From NCBI RefSeq assembly GCF_036971445.1, contig NC_091471.1:132990001-133054000 (forward strand): a DNA stretch of 64,000 bases, in the 5' to 3' direction. Shown in pieces: positions 1 to 10,590 of this stretch (position 1 is the stretch's first letter; each line of letters starts with the position of its first letter). The translations under genes were made by a program, and so were the position numbers. Origin of the DNA: Narcine bancroftii. Taxonomy: Eukaryota. A model generated the notes under the pieces. It saw only the letters and a program-made list of their open reading frames with translations. It searched no databases and was not told the origin of the DNA.

Positions 1-340
1 CCAATGAGGACCAGACACTCGAGAATGGTGTTTACAGCCCCCCTTGAATTCTGATCACCCATTTTTTTTTAAGTTTCAAACCTCTGCTTCAGCCGGATAG
101 TGCCAATCTCAACACACAATGTCCTTTTATTAAAGAACATTTGTTCCTTGCCCCTATCACTCTGATGGCCATAGATTTAGAACACTAGCTCGAAAGCGGA
201 ATAAGCATTTCTTCACATTCTGATACCATAGTTTTGTCTGTCCTGGCAAGACAATTAACATACGTTGAACATTTCTCATAATACAACACGTTCATTTAGA
301 AGAACAAATGTTACTGATTAAGATGGCTAGCAACCACGTC

Positions 341-376
<36 letters not shown>

Positions 377-377
377 G

Positions 378-504
378 CTGATTCTGAAAAGCACCTTCTA
401 GTTAAATCAAAATGTAACTGCCTGACTATGACATCCAAAACAGTCGTGAATGTATTGCCTTCTGGTGCACGTGTGGAACAGCTTATAAGAGATATAAAAA
501 TTAC
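378..504 (+). CDS. JCHAIN: Immunoglobulin J chain, exon 2 (phase 1-2): DSEKHLLVKSKCNCLTMTSKTVVNVLPSGARVEQLIRDIKIT
   Basis: Poly-T tract plus tacag acceptor, gtaagt donor. LVxxKCxC motif matches human LVDNKCKC...RNIRII. Phase 2 end joins the next exon in frame. Confidence 0.9.
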
Positions 505-924
505 GTAAGTAAATGCATTTCCATGTTCACATTGTTTAAAAAAAAAGGCAATTATTGAAAACAACTTTATGCATTGGTTCATTGGATGATTATAACAGAA
601 AGCAAACTGTCATTGTATCAGTCAGAATCAAATCCTATCTGCATACCTACTGACCATTTTATTCCCCAAGTGAATATGGAAGTCAATAAATGTGTGCCAG
701 AATTTAATTGCTGGGTTCCAATGGGAAAAGAAACTTTATACTGTACTACTATATAGCCCAATTATTTGTTAGCATTTTTTAAAAATAACCAAATCAGGTA
801 TTGCTGCACCAATGCAGAAAATTGAAAATTCTGTATGGTATCTGTAGTCAAGATTACCACAGAGAGGGGAAATGATCTTCAGTGAATTAAAAGATGAGAT
901 GATAGTTTGTCATATACATAATCA

Positions 925-1690
925 AAACACAGAAATGCTGGAGGAACTCAGCTGATCTTGTGCTGTCCATAGGAGGTAAAAATAGATTGCTTGAGCCCTT
1001 CTTCAAGGTGCAGAAATACTGAAGCAATAGCATGGATCTCCCCAGTGGCCACCCATTTCAATTCCCTGCCCCATTCCCTTGCTGATATGTCTGTCCATGG
1101 TCTTATGCACTACCAGGCTGAGACCACCCACAAATAGGAGGAACAACACCTCAGAGTGGCAGTTAACATAGCGGTTAGTGTAACACCTTTACAGCAGTAG
1201 CGATTGGGACCAGACGAGGGTTCCAGTCCAACGCTGTCTGTAAGGAGTTGGTACGTTTTTCCCGTGTCTGTGTGGGTCTTTTCCAGGAAAAAAAATCATA
1301 CCAGGTGTGTAGGTGAATGAGGTGCAAATTGGCCAGCACATATTCATGGGCCAAAATGGCCTGTTACCATGCTGCATGTCTAAAATTAAATGTTAATCTT
1401 CTGTCTGGGCACCCTCCTACTGGATGGCATTAATATAGACTACTCCAGCTTCCATTGCAACTCCCCCACCTTTCTCTTTCTCTCTCTCATCCACCTTTTG
1501 TCTATTGGTCTGTACTCCTCTCCTTCCCATTCTTCCCCCTTTCTTTCCCCAGCCTTTAATTTAGATGCCTATATTGTTTCACTCTTTCCTTGAGGAAGGG
1601 CTCAGGCCCAAAACATTGGTAATATCTCGTTACCTCCTCCAGATGCTGCGAGACCAGCTGAGTTTCTCCAGCAATTCTGTGTTTTGACTA
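925..1690 (+). mobile_element. Penelope-like element 3' end with inverted 5' pseudo-LTR, split by a SINE
   Basis: GIY-YIG C-terminal remnant (PVATHFNS...EEQHL|IFCLGTL..GINID); 925-1010 is an inverted copy of about 1587-1686. Confidence 0.7.
1156..1390 (+). mobile_element. tRNA-derived SINE (elasmobranch type)
   Basis: A/B-box-like head, tgtctgtaaggagtt core and ggcctgttacc tail, shared with copies at about 10121, 16725 and 23135. Confidence 0.7.
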
Positions 1691-2579
1691 CAATGACTAC
1701 ATCTGCAGACACTCCTGGCATATACACAAGTACAATGTGCAAATTAATTGAAGTTGTTCTTGCTTTCTGCATCTACACAGGTACATAAAATGTATCAATA
1801 GCATTACAACAAAAAATATAATTATTGATAGATGCAGCCAGTGGGAAAAAATGTGATATTACAGTAATACAGGTAGATCTTTGGAGCTGGAATATCAAAG
1901 ATACCTATTGGAGTGTATTAGTTAGTGTAGTACAGGAAGGGTCAAGAAGTTAGAAAAATTGTTCTTGAACATAGAGGTGCAAGACCTCAGGCCTCTGTAC
2001 CTTCTGCCTGGAGGTAGGTAACAGTGAGAAGAGAATGTGACCAGAATGGGGACTTTTTTGATCTCTCATTTCCTGGATGCGACACCCTTTGAGCAATCTG
2101 CAAGAGATGCAATGACTACTAGGCCATGAAAAAGGTGCATGTGGAGGTTTAATCCATTTGTGACCTGACATTCCCATTTATTTCTCATCTTCTATTTTAC
2201 CTTATGATTCCATTTCCTGGAATCAATTCCAAGCCACTGAAAACCATTTGACCTGCCAACATAAGCGGTAACTATGTATCATTTTCTGAAGCAACCTTAT
2301 GTCTTCCAAACTTGGCCCAGGTTCAATTTGGTAAAGTCTTTACACAGATTGTAAGATTTTCTGCTTTAAAAAGTACAATATTTTTGTAGGATGTCCTCAT
2401 TTTCTACTGGTATTATAATGGATACTTGGGCCCAGGCAAAATAACTAATATGATTAATTTAATTATTAATTTTGTTCCTTTAATCAAGATCATTGCCCAA
2501 GCCACATCTGTAGCAACCCTGTCCTAGTTGTCAATCCCCAGTAATCTTAAAATGATTGTTAATTGTTCCTTTATTACAG

Positions 2580-2660
2580 AATTCCTATGAGGAGCAGAGA
2601 GAACATTTCAGATCCAACATCCCCTCTTCGAACCAAGTTTGTCTACAAAATTTCAGATTT
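2580..2660 (+). CDS. JCHAIN: J chain exon 3 (81 bp): IPMRSRENISDPTSPLRTKFVYKISDF
   Basis: Near-identical to the human hallmark RENISDPTSPLRTRFVYHLSDL; tacag/gtatgt splice sites; 81 bp as in mammals; NIS sequon present. Confidence 0.97.
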
Positions 2661-3750
2661 GTATGTTATTTATTTTTATCATTTCATGCAATATATAATT
2701 AGAACAGGTTTCAGAACACACCCTACAGCTGGCATTCAAATTTTTAATATATGGCATGCATGGTGTAAAGCTCATAAGATTCAACTTCTGGAAAAATGGA
2801 GACCAGCTATAACTATACATTTAAATTCTTTTATGGCTGGAGTATAATTAAGCCAGTACAAGTGCCAAACCATACATTTGATGTGGTGAAATTGTTAGCT
2901 CATAGTAGCATTGCAGTAGAGCTACAGTTTCCCATTCCAGTGAAATCCTGACCTCTAGTGTTGTCTTTGTGGAGTTTGCACATTCTTTCATTACCTTGTT
3001 GATTGCCCCTTTCATGCTCCTGTCGGTTTCTTCCCAAGTATGAAAGACTTGATGTTGCAAATTTCTCCAGTTGCAATTGGATGGTAGAATATTGGGGAGG
3101 TGCTGAAAATCGGGAGAACCAGAAGAAGGGAAATCCAGTGGGGGAATGGGATTGCTCATAGCGGGAGCCAGTTCAGACCATTGAGACAGTCTTAATGAAA
3201 CATGAAAAGTATGCACCTGCTCATAACCAATCAACCTCATGATTAGTATGCCTTTAAACAAGAGGATACAACAGCACCCAAGGGAACCTGCACAAACATG
3301 TGGCCTCTACCCAGACAGAACTGGAGGTCAGAATTGAACTCCAGTCACTGGACTAGGGAGACCTGCTGTACCCAATTGCATCTCCTCATGGTCACCTCTT
3401 GTTACCCCAAGGATAACAAGAGAGGACCTGAAAAGAAACAATGGTTTTTCACTTCAGAATTTGACATAACCACAAGAGAGCTCTGCAGAGGGGGAAAAAA
3501 AATAGAAACCATTGACAGTTTTGAGGCCAATTTGCAAACAGCACAATGATTGGAATTTATAAATATCCCAATAATTCACAACATTTACAAAAGACGATTG
3601 CATTATTGATCCAAAGTGATCGAGATATGTGGAACATGCCCAAATGAAAAGAAAAATTGAGGAATTATTTTGTCATAACACAATGATTTTAAGAAATATA
3701 AAATGTAGTGTAGGAATAATCACTTCTTTGATCCATATATTTTGTTGCAG

Positions 3751-3967
3751 CTGCAAGAATTGCACTCAAAAGCCAACCTCACCAGAAGAACCTCAGTGCA
3801 AGGCCCCATCTCCCTCTCCAGATACCTGCTTTAGCCATGACAACAGAAAATGTCTGTACCGTAAAATCAACTTGGGAGATGACAAACATATGAATGCAGT
3901 TATGAATCCTGAATGCCTCAAACATGAACCAAACCACTGGATTCCAAAGACTAGACGGTCTATTTAA
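3751..3967 (+). CDS. JCHAIN: J chain exon 4 (terminal): CKNC...QC...TCFSHDNRKC...PECLKHEPNHWIPKTRRSI*
   Basis: ttgcag acceptor in phase 2; six Cys in J-chain order (CxxC, C, C-x7-C, C); TAA at 3965-3967. Confidence 0.92.
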
Positions 3968-4345
3968 ACACATGATTCGGTTTGATGGCAGATGCTTTGT
4001 AGTTTCTTCAAAATACTGCAGCCGATTCCTTAATGCGTTTTCAGTTTTGACATTTGCCTCTCGTCTTTCTTCATAAAATGCTTTATAGCTTCAAAATGTA
4101 TTCAAAATCATATGCTTTGTGTTACAGCATCATTTGTAATGTGTCACATTTGGTTCTCTTATTTGGTGATTGAATATGGGAGATTACAACTTAAATCATT
4201 TTTGTACAATTAGGAATAGTAGAATGAAAACATGGGCCTGAATTCTGTGGTAACCCACGCACCATTAACCCTGCTGCTCCAGGGAACAACTTCAAGCAGG
4301 CTGTTAAAAAATTCTCAGAGGTCACAAACAGATGATGAAATTTTC

Positions 4346-4351
4346 AATAAA
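4346..4351 (+). terminator. Candidate JCHAIN polyadenylation signal AATAAA
   Basis: First AATAAA seen downstream of the stop codon (about 380 nt away). Confidence 0.45.
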
Positions 4352-5324
4352 TATTTCAAACAACATGCAGAGCACAAATATATCAACATACAACTAAACG
4401 TTAGCCAATAAGAAGTTTTTTTAATGCAAGTTAAAATAGCAATTGTTGGGCTGAGAGGTCCATCTCAGTACTGTTGCTTTCTGTGACTACGTGAATGCAA
4501 AAAAGAGGCTATTCTGCTTCTTCTGGCTCCCTGCTCTTCATCAAGATCACGTAGGTAACTGATCTTTCACCCCTGTCATTTTCTTATACTAAACATTTCC
4601 TTTCAAGTCCCCCACCCCTGCTCTCCTGCTGCCAGTCACATTCTCGGAAGGAGACCAAGCCTACCCACTACTTCAGGACACACCCTCTTTCCCCTCCTTC
4701 CCCCCACCCCACCCCCCCTCCTCCACAATTGTCAAAATTCACTCCAGTTTCAATAACAACTCTGCTCAAATTCTGCATACCAATTAGTGCTGCCTGATGG
4801 TCTCAGAGTTCTCAGGTCCCAGTACATTATTACCTGGCCCATGGAAGGGGATTCATATTGCAGCAGCATTTAGTCAGTGTATAAAATGACCTCCATCTGC
4901 CTCACGTGCTGCCTTCAAATTCCTAGATCCTTTACTCTTGTACTGCCTTTAAACTACATCGAGGGAGCAAATGGAAAGTAATGCTGAGAAAAAGAACAGA
5001 TTTGCACTGACTTTGTTGGATGGCAGACCAGGATCAGGGTGATTTGGAAAAACTCACGAGAGCCATCTCCCTGATGCAGATTTTAAAAAATTAAGAATTT
5101 TATTTTGTCATTAAATTTACAATGTTATTTTTACATTTTGCTCAGATCAGTAATATTTTTGCCACATTGCTGCAGAAACAAATCAGCCCGCACAAGTACC
5201 AACCAACAATGATTTTCAACATTGATGATAATCCTACTAGAACCCCCTGACATTCAAAGGCATAACATTACCGAATCCCCATCATCAATATCCTAAGGCT
5301 ACTATTGACCAGAAACTGAACTGG

Positions 5325-6323
5325 GGAACTCAGTAACAGCCCCTTGAGGGCACAGGTGGTGGTAGTTAAGAGTGGGGAGATTATAGCCAGACCATCAATA
5401 GGTCACGGTGAATTGACATGGTGAATGAGATTGCTCAGTGCTAGGTCTTTTCCACCATAGATCTTAAGTTGGCATACCACAAGATCCTGACCTACATGGC
5501 ATTCGAGGCCAATGGCCGCTTCTATCACTTTCTGTGGGTCCCATTCAGCCTCACGAATGGAGTGTCCGTGTTCCAAAGGGAAATGGACTGCATGGTGGAT
5601 GACAATAAATTAAAAGCCACCTATCCCTATTTGGATAATGTCACCATCTGCGGCCGTACCCAAGAGGAACATAATGAGAACCTGCAAAAGTTTCTGGATA
5701 CCGCAAGAAATCTGAACTTAACATGCAATTAAAAAAAGTGGGTTCAGTACCATGTGGTTGGCCATATTGGGGTATGTGGTGGAGCATAGTTTCATTGCCC
5801 CAAAACCTGAGCACATGCGCCCCCTGCTGGAAGTTTCACTGATCCAGAACCCCAAGGTGTTAAAAAGATGCCTGATGTTCTTCTCATACTGTGCTCAGTG
5901 GAATCCCAACTACTTGGACAAAGCCCACCCCCCGGTAAAAACAACCACCTTTCCTCCTTCGGTGGAGGACTGTGAGACATTCAAGGGCATTAAAAGGGAG
6001 ATTGCCAAGGCAGGCATGTATGACATTGATGAATCCATCCATTTTCAAGTAGAGAGTGATTCCTCCGACTTTGCCCTGGCTGTCACGCTGAACCAAGCAA
6101 GCAGGCCCAGAGCATTATTTTCCTGAATCCTCCAGGGCCCTGAACTCAGGTACTTGGCCACTGAGAAGGAGGCACAGGGTATAGTGGAAGCAGTGCACCA
6201 CTGGAGGCACTATTTGGCTGGCAGACCCTTCACTCTGTTGAAGGACCAGAGACCTATCAATTTTATGCTTAACAATAAACAGAAGGGAAAAATCAAAAAT
6301 AACAAGATTATGAGGAGGAGAAT
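5325..6323 (+). mobile_element. Gypsy (Mag-like) pol fragment: RT and RNase H, degraded
   Basis: AQVVVVK, PFSLTNGVSVFQR, YLDNVTICG, FQVESDSSDFAL, EKEA..HWRHYL motifs; related to the 19413-22971 element. Confidence 0.85.
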
Positions 6324-6558
6324 TGTAGCTTGATCAATGACCACACACAGACACAAAGTATGTGGCCAAAGGCTTTAATGTCCTGAAACCTCCAGCATAC
6401 AACTACATGCTTCTAGCCTGGATCCAAGGCTGGAATTGAGGGAGGAGACTAGGGCTCTCAGCCTCTATAGGGAAACTACAGGGAGTTACCAGGTCGTAGG
6501 CAGGCCAGTCTGAGTAGTCCAGTGAGGTTCCCCGCCTGCATTACTGTGTTCCACCACA
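6324..6558 (-). mobile_element. LTR in opposite orientation, fused to the pol fragment
   Basis: TG...CA ends (tgtagc...ccaca); minus-strand ATTAAA and TATA-like motif. Confidence 0.55.
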
Positions 6559-8296
6559 GTAGCCATACACAGATTGAGGCTACAAGAGCAGGTCAGAGGC
6601 TAGGAATTCTGTTGCTAGTAGCTCGTCTCCTAGTGCCAAAACTTTTCTGGCATCTACGAGATTCAAGTGATTGTGATTGAATACTCTTCACTTACCTACA
6701 CAAGTTCAGCTTCAACAGCACTCTAGAATACCCATTAATGAGAGTGGCCCCCTGAGGGCTTTTCTTATGAGGCCCCCTTCTCCAAAGCAGTCAAGTTTTG
6801 GTTTCTTCAGTACTTCACTCCTACAGACTAGATGTCATTTATTATGCACAAGGTGAAAAGAAAACAAGGCTTTTACTTAAGTACGCTGTGGCCTCCAAGG
6901 GGACCATAGAGCCCTCATTGAGGATGAATCATCTAGAAGCTTGACACCATACAAGTCCTAGCAGCCTGCTTGACAGACATCCCACCCACAAGCACCGATG
7001 TGCAGTAACACCAGTACTCAGCAACTCACAGAGCTCCTTAGGCAAGACCTTCCAAACTCACACCCTCTGCCAGCCAAATAGTGGCAGCAAATGCACAGGA
7101 ACACCATTGCCTCGAAGTTGCCCTTCAATTACAAATCATTCTGATTTGCAAATACATCACTGTTCCTTCACAGTGGCTGGGTCAAAATCCTGGAATTCCT
7201 TCCCCACCAACATCGTGGGTGCAACCATACCTCCATGACTGCATTGGGTCAAGGCTTCAGGTCATCAAGGGAAATTAGGGATGGGCAACTAAATTCAGCT
7301 CAGCCTCTGAAGCCCACATCCCTCGAATTAATCAAGTTTTTTAAAAATTACAGACCATTACTGTGCACATTTTGAAGAGCCAGTAAGATGGGAACATACT
7401 ATTAGGTACAAATGTAGACCACACAACCTATACCACGTTGGGAAGAGTATCAGGTTTGGTGGGTTCAGAGAGGGGAGTCTGGACATGTGTTACAATCATA
7501 GGCAACTTTTTAAAACACATGGGAAACAAACATTAAATGGTACACAATTACTAATTCATGCAAGCAACGATACAGACATTCGCCTCAGACATCAGTCAGA
7601 TTCTGACAACAGTAAACCTATATTCAACCCCACACACACCCTATAAAACAGGGGTTCTTACACACGCTCCCGGTTGCCTGATCAATACTTGTAATAGAGC
7701 TGCACCACTATTGATCTATCGCAATACTACAGCTCAACTTCAGTGTAGTGCACACCTTACCCGCGACACTTCCAGCGATGTCCACAGAAGCGATCTGGCA
7801 TGAAGTGGTATCTGGGGCTTGGACCGCAAGGAAGAGAAATAATCTGCTGTGCAATGGTGTTATATACAATGCTGATCTGTGCTTCTAGCCAATAATAACC
7901 CTCGGTGATTTAAATTAGCCAACATCAAAGTATACATTAATAGGTGGCCAGAGTCCAAACTTGATTGACTTCCAAATAAGTTCCAGACGGGAGGACATGA
8001 AACCACCTGCAATACACACATTCCAGACAGGCTGGGAGGTCACATTTCCTCCACACACAACAACCTGGCAATTCTTTTTTCCAAACAGTGATCATGGTCC
8101 AGAACTCTCCATCTCACTGATTGAGGTGGTGGGGGCAGAAACCTTCATCACATTTAAGAATGAACTTGAACATTCATTTAAAGCTGTGTAAACCTCAAGG
8201 CTACAAGTGAAGAAATGGTATGTGGCATTGACCCAAATAGTTCTTGTTTTGACCCAAGGCAATGACCCTTTAATGAAGAACCATATTTGAGACATG

Positions 8297-8456
8297 CAGG
8301 AGTGGCCAACTTTTAAATTTAGACATACAGCACAGTAACCGGCCATTTTGGCCCACAAGTATGCACTGGGGGTGTGGGGGCACAGACTTGGGGGCTGAAA
8401 GGGCCTGTTATTATGCTGCATGTCTAAATTAAAAATTAAAAGGTTGGCCACCCCTG
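8297..8456. mobile_element. hAT-like MITE or hairpin with CAGGGGTGGCCAAC-type TIRs enclosing inverted SINE tails
   Basis: caggagtggccaactttt ... aaaaggttggccacccctg; the inner arms also pair. Confidence 0.55.
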
Positions 8457-8668
8457 AAGTGCTACAGAGGCTCATTTATACAAATCATCCCCTACAAGTC
8501 CAGAACCTTGGTCACTCTTTTACAGAGATATCAAAATTATAATAATTTGCAACAAGTCAGGAGGAGACCAGATCGCCTTTCAGTATTCAACTGGATTGTT
8601 TCATGAGCCCATCTATTTGACAGAGGAATTAGATCCATAAAAGTAGACATTTCCATATTTTCCATTGC

Positions 8669-9926
8669 TTTATTTGTTAATGAATATGTTGCATATCAAA
8701 ATCAACTAGTAGACAATACATGCTATTCTATAATGCAGCAGATTGATTCTGCTGTGTAAACTTTACACAACATGTTATAACAAAGGGATAAAGAGAATTA
8801 CATTAATCTATTATATAGTCATTGAAACAATGTAATAGCACATGAAATAAGCTAAAAGCTTTGAAATGTTAAAAAAAACTAACAAAGGTTTACTTGTATG
8901 TTGCCCTATTATGAAGACTGACACCATATGCCAAACATATTATACCAACCCCAGAAATATATCCAATGGCCAAACAAATACAACAGGAATCAATGACAAT
9001 GGATAGAAAAATGCTGGCTCAATTCTGAATATTAGTCTTAATTTGATATGTGCAATTCTTATCTCTCCAGGTTGATAATTAAAGACATTTTCCTTTGCAC
9101 TTTTTTTTAAAAAGTTAGATTTGAGCATTAATGGCAAGCCAAGAATCATTGCCTATTCCCACCATCTCTTTATTAAATACCATTGCAAGAACAGATCAGC
9201 ATTAACCACATTACTGTGCACTGAGAGTCACTGTAGGCCAGATGGACAAGGTTGACAAATTTCCTTCCATAAAAAGCATATTAATAAACCAGACAGATTT
9301 TTGTGCAAATCTGGTAGATTTATGGGTCTTTATGCTTAATTTATAATTTAAGGAATCAAATTTAAATTGGTATTTTTACTTTTTTTTTAATGTAGGCATA
9401 CAACACAATAATAGGCCCTCTCGGCCCACACTACCCAATTACATCCAATTAATGTACAACCCCATACGTTTTATGAAGAGCAGGAGGAAACCCATACAGA
9501 CATGGGAGAACATACAAATTCCTGACAAACAGCAATGGATTCAGACCTGGGTTGCTGGTCCTGTGTGAGAGCATTGCTGCCTAATTAATATCTCTCTATT
9601 ACTAGCATAATAAAATGTAGCAGTTCCCCACCTCATATTGGAACTCAGTAACTTTATGGTATCTAGAGCAAGCTTTTAATTATTCATTCCCTTCTCCCTT
9701 TTCCTCCCCCCACCCCCAACCCCACAGAAATACTGGTAGCACAAATAAAAAAGCTTTTAAATTATTTGCTGTGTAGTTATTGGATTTGGTAGTAAATTTA
9801 TTTGCAACAATAATGCTGCAAAAATCTAATAGGAACTCGATTAAGATTAGATACAATTAAATTGCAGCTTAGAAGACGTTAAAAATGTATTTGGTCAGCA
9901 ATTAATAAGACAAAGCTTCATTTATT
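8669..9926 (-). terminator. Candidate ANXA5 poly(A) signals (minus-strand AATAAA at 9921-9926, 9797-9802, 9169-9174, 8669-8674)
   Basis: TTTATT hexamers on the + strand downstream of the ANXA5 stop; which one is used cannot be determined from sequence. Confidence 0.35.
9190..9330 (-). mobile_element. Deu-domain-like SINE remnant; a similar remnant lies at about 42130-42380 (+)
   Basis: gagtcactgtaggccaga...aatttccttcc...taaaccaga resembles the recalled DeuSINE core. Confidence 0.4.
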
Positions 9927-9955
9927 GTATGGAATTCATTACTTCAAGTGGAGCG

Positions 9956-10018
9956 TCAATCATCTTCACCACCACATATGCTTAGAAGGGCATTTCTGTA
10001 ATCACCTGAAGTGTCACT
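9956..10018 (-). CDS. ANXA5: ANXA5 terminal exon 13 equivalent: SDTSGDYRNALLSICGGEDD*
   Basis: ttttgcag acceptor. TGA straight after repeat IV shows a four-repeat annexin, which excludes ANXA6. Human A5 ends GDTSGDYKKALLLLCGEDD. Confidence 0.93.
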   Translation of the reverse strand, partial: SDTSGDYRNALLSICGGEDD

Positions 10019-10120
10019 CTGCAAAAGAAGAATTTGTTAATAGTTGTACATGCAAATAGTTGCATTTAGAAAATATTTCATCCTCTTCAGGATGTGGATA
10101 ATATCTCATCTGGTCACATG

Positions 10121-10590
10121 GACAGCATGGTTGGCAGAGTGATTAGTGCAATGCCTTTACAGCACTAGTGAGTGGGAACAGGGTTCAAATCCTGTGCTGT
10201 CTACAAGAAGTTTGTATGTTCTCCCCGTGTCTGAGTGGGCTTTCCCCACGGGCTCCGGTTTCCTCCCACTTTTCAAAATGTACCAGGGTTGTTGGTTAAT
10301 TGGGCAAGGCCGAATTAATTAGCCGAAATGGCCTGTTACCATGCTCCATGTCTAATTTTTTTTGACATACAGCTGGGTAACAGGCTTGCTCAGCCCATGG
10401 GTCTGTGGTGCCCAACTTATACCTTATTAACCTACACACCGGTACGTTTTGAACAGTGGGAGGAAACCGGAGCCTCCAGACACAGGGAGACCGTACAAAC
10501 TGCTAACAAACAGCGCAGGATTCAAACCCCAGTCCCAATCACTGATGCTGTAAAGGCATTGTGCAAACTGCTATGCCAACCATGCTGCTT
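10121..10590. mobile_element. Two SINEs arranged tail-to-tail (+ 10121-10355, - 10356-10590)
   Basis: The second copy is the reverse complement of the same SINE family. Confidence 0.7.

Larger units (their letters stand above)
5270..7320 (+). mobile_element. Degraded CR1/L2-type LINE 3' fragment, interrupted by the Gypsy insert at 5325-6558
   Basis: TIDQKLNW|SHTQIEATRAGQRLGIL reads through the insertion point. Confidence 0.55.

Noticed and set aside
1156-1250. tRNA-like A/B boxes here and in other SINE heads
   Set aside because: Part of SINEs; no complete cloverleaf seen, so no tRNA gene is called.
6729-6931. Possible DNA-transposon insert flanked by tctagaa duplicates
   Set aside because: TIRs are too weak to classify.
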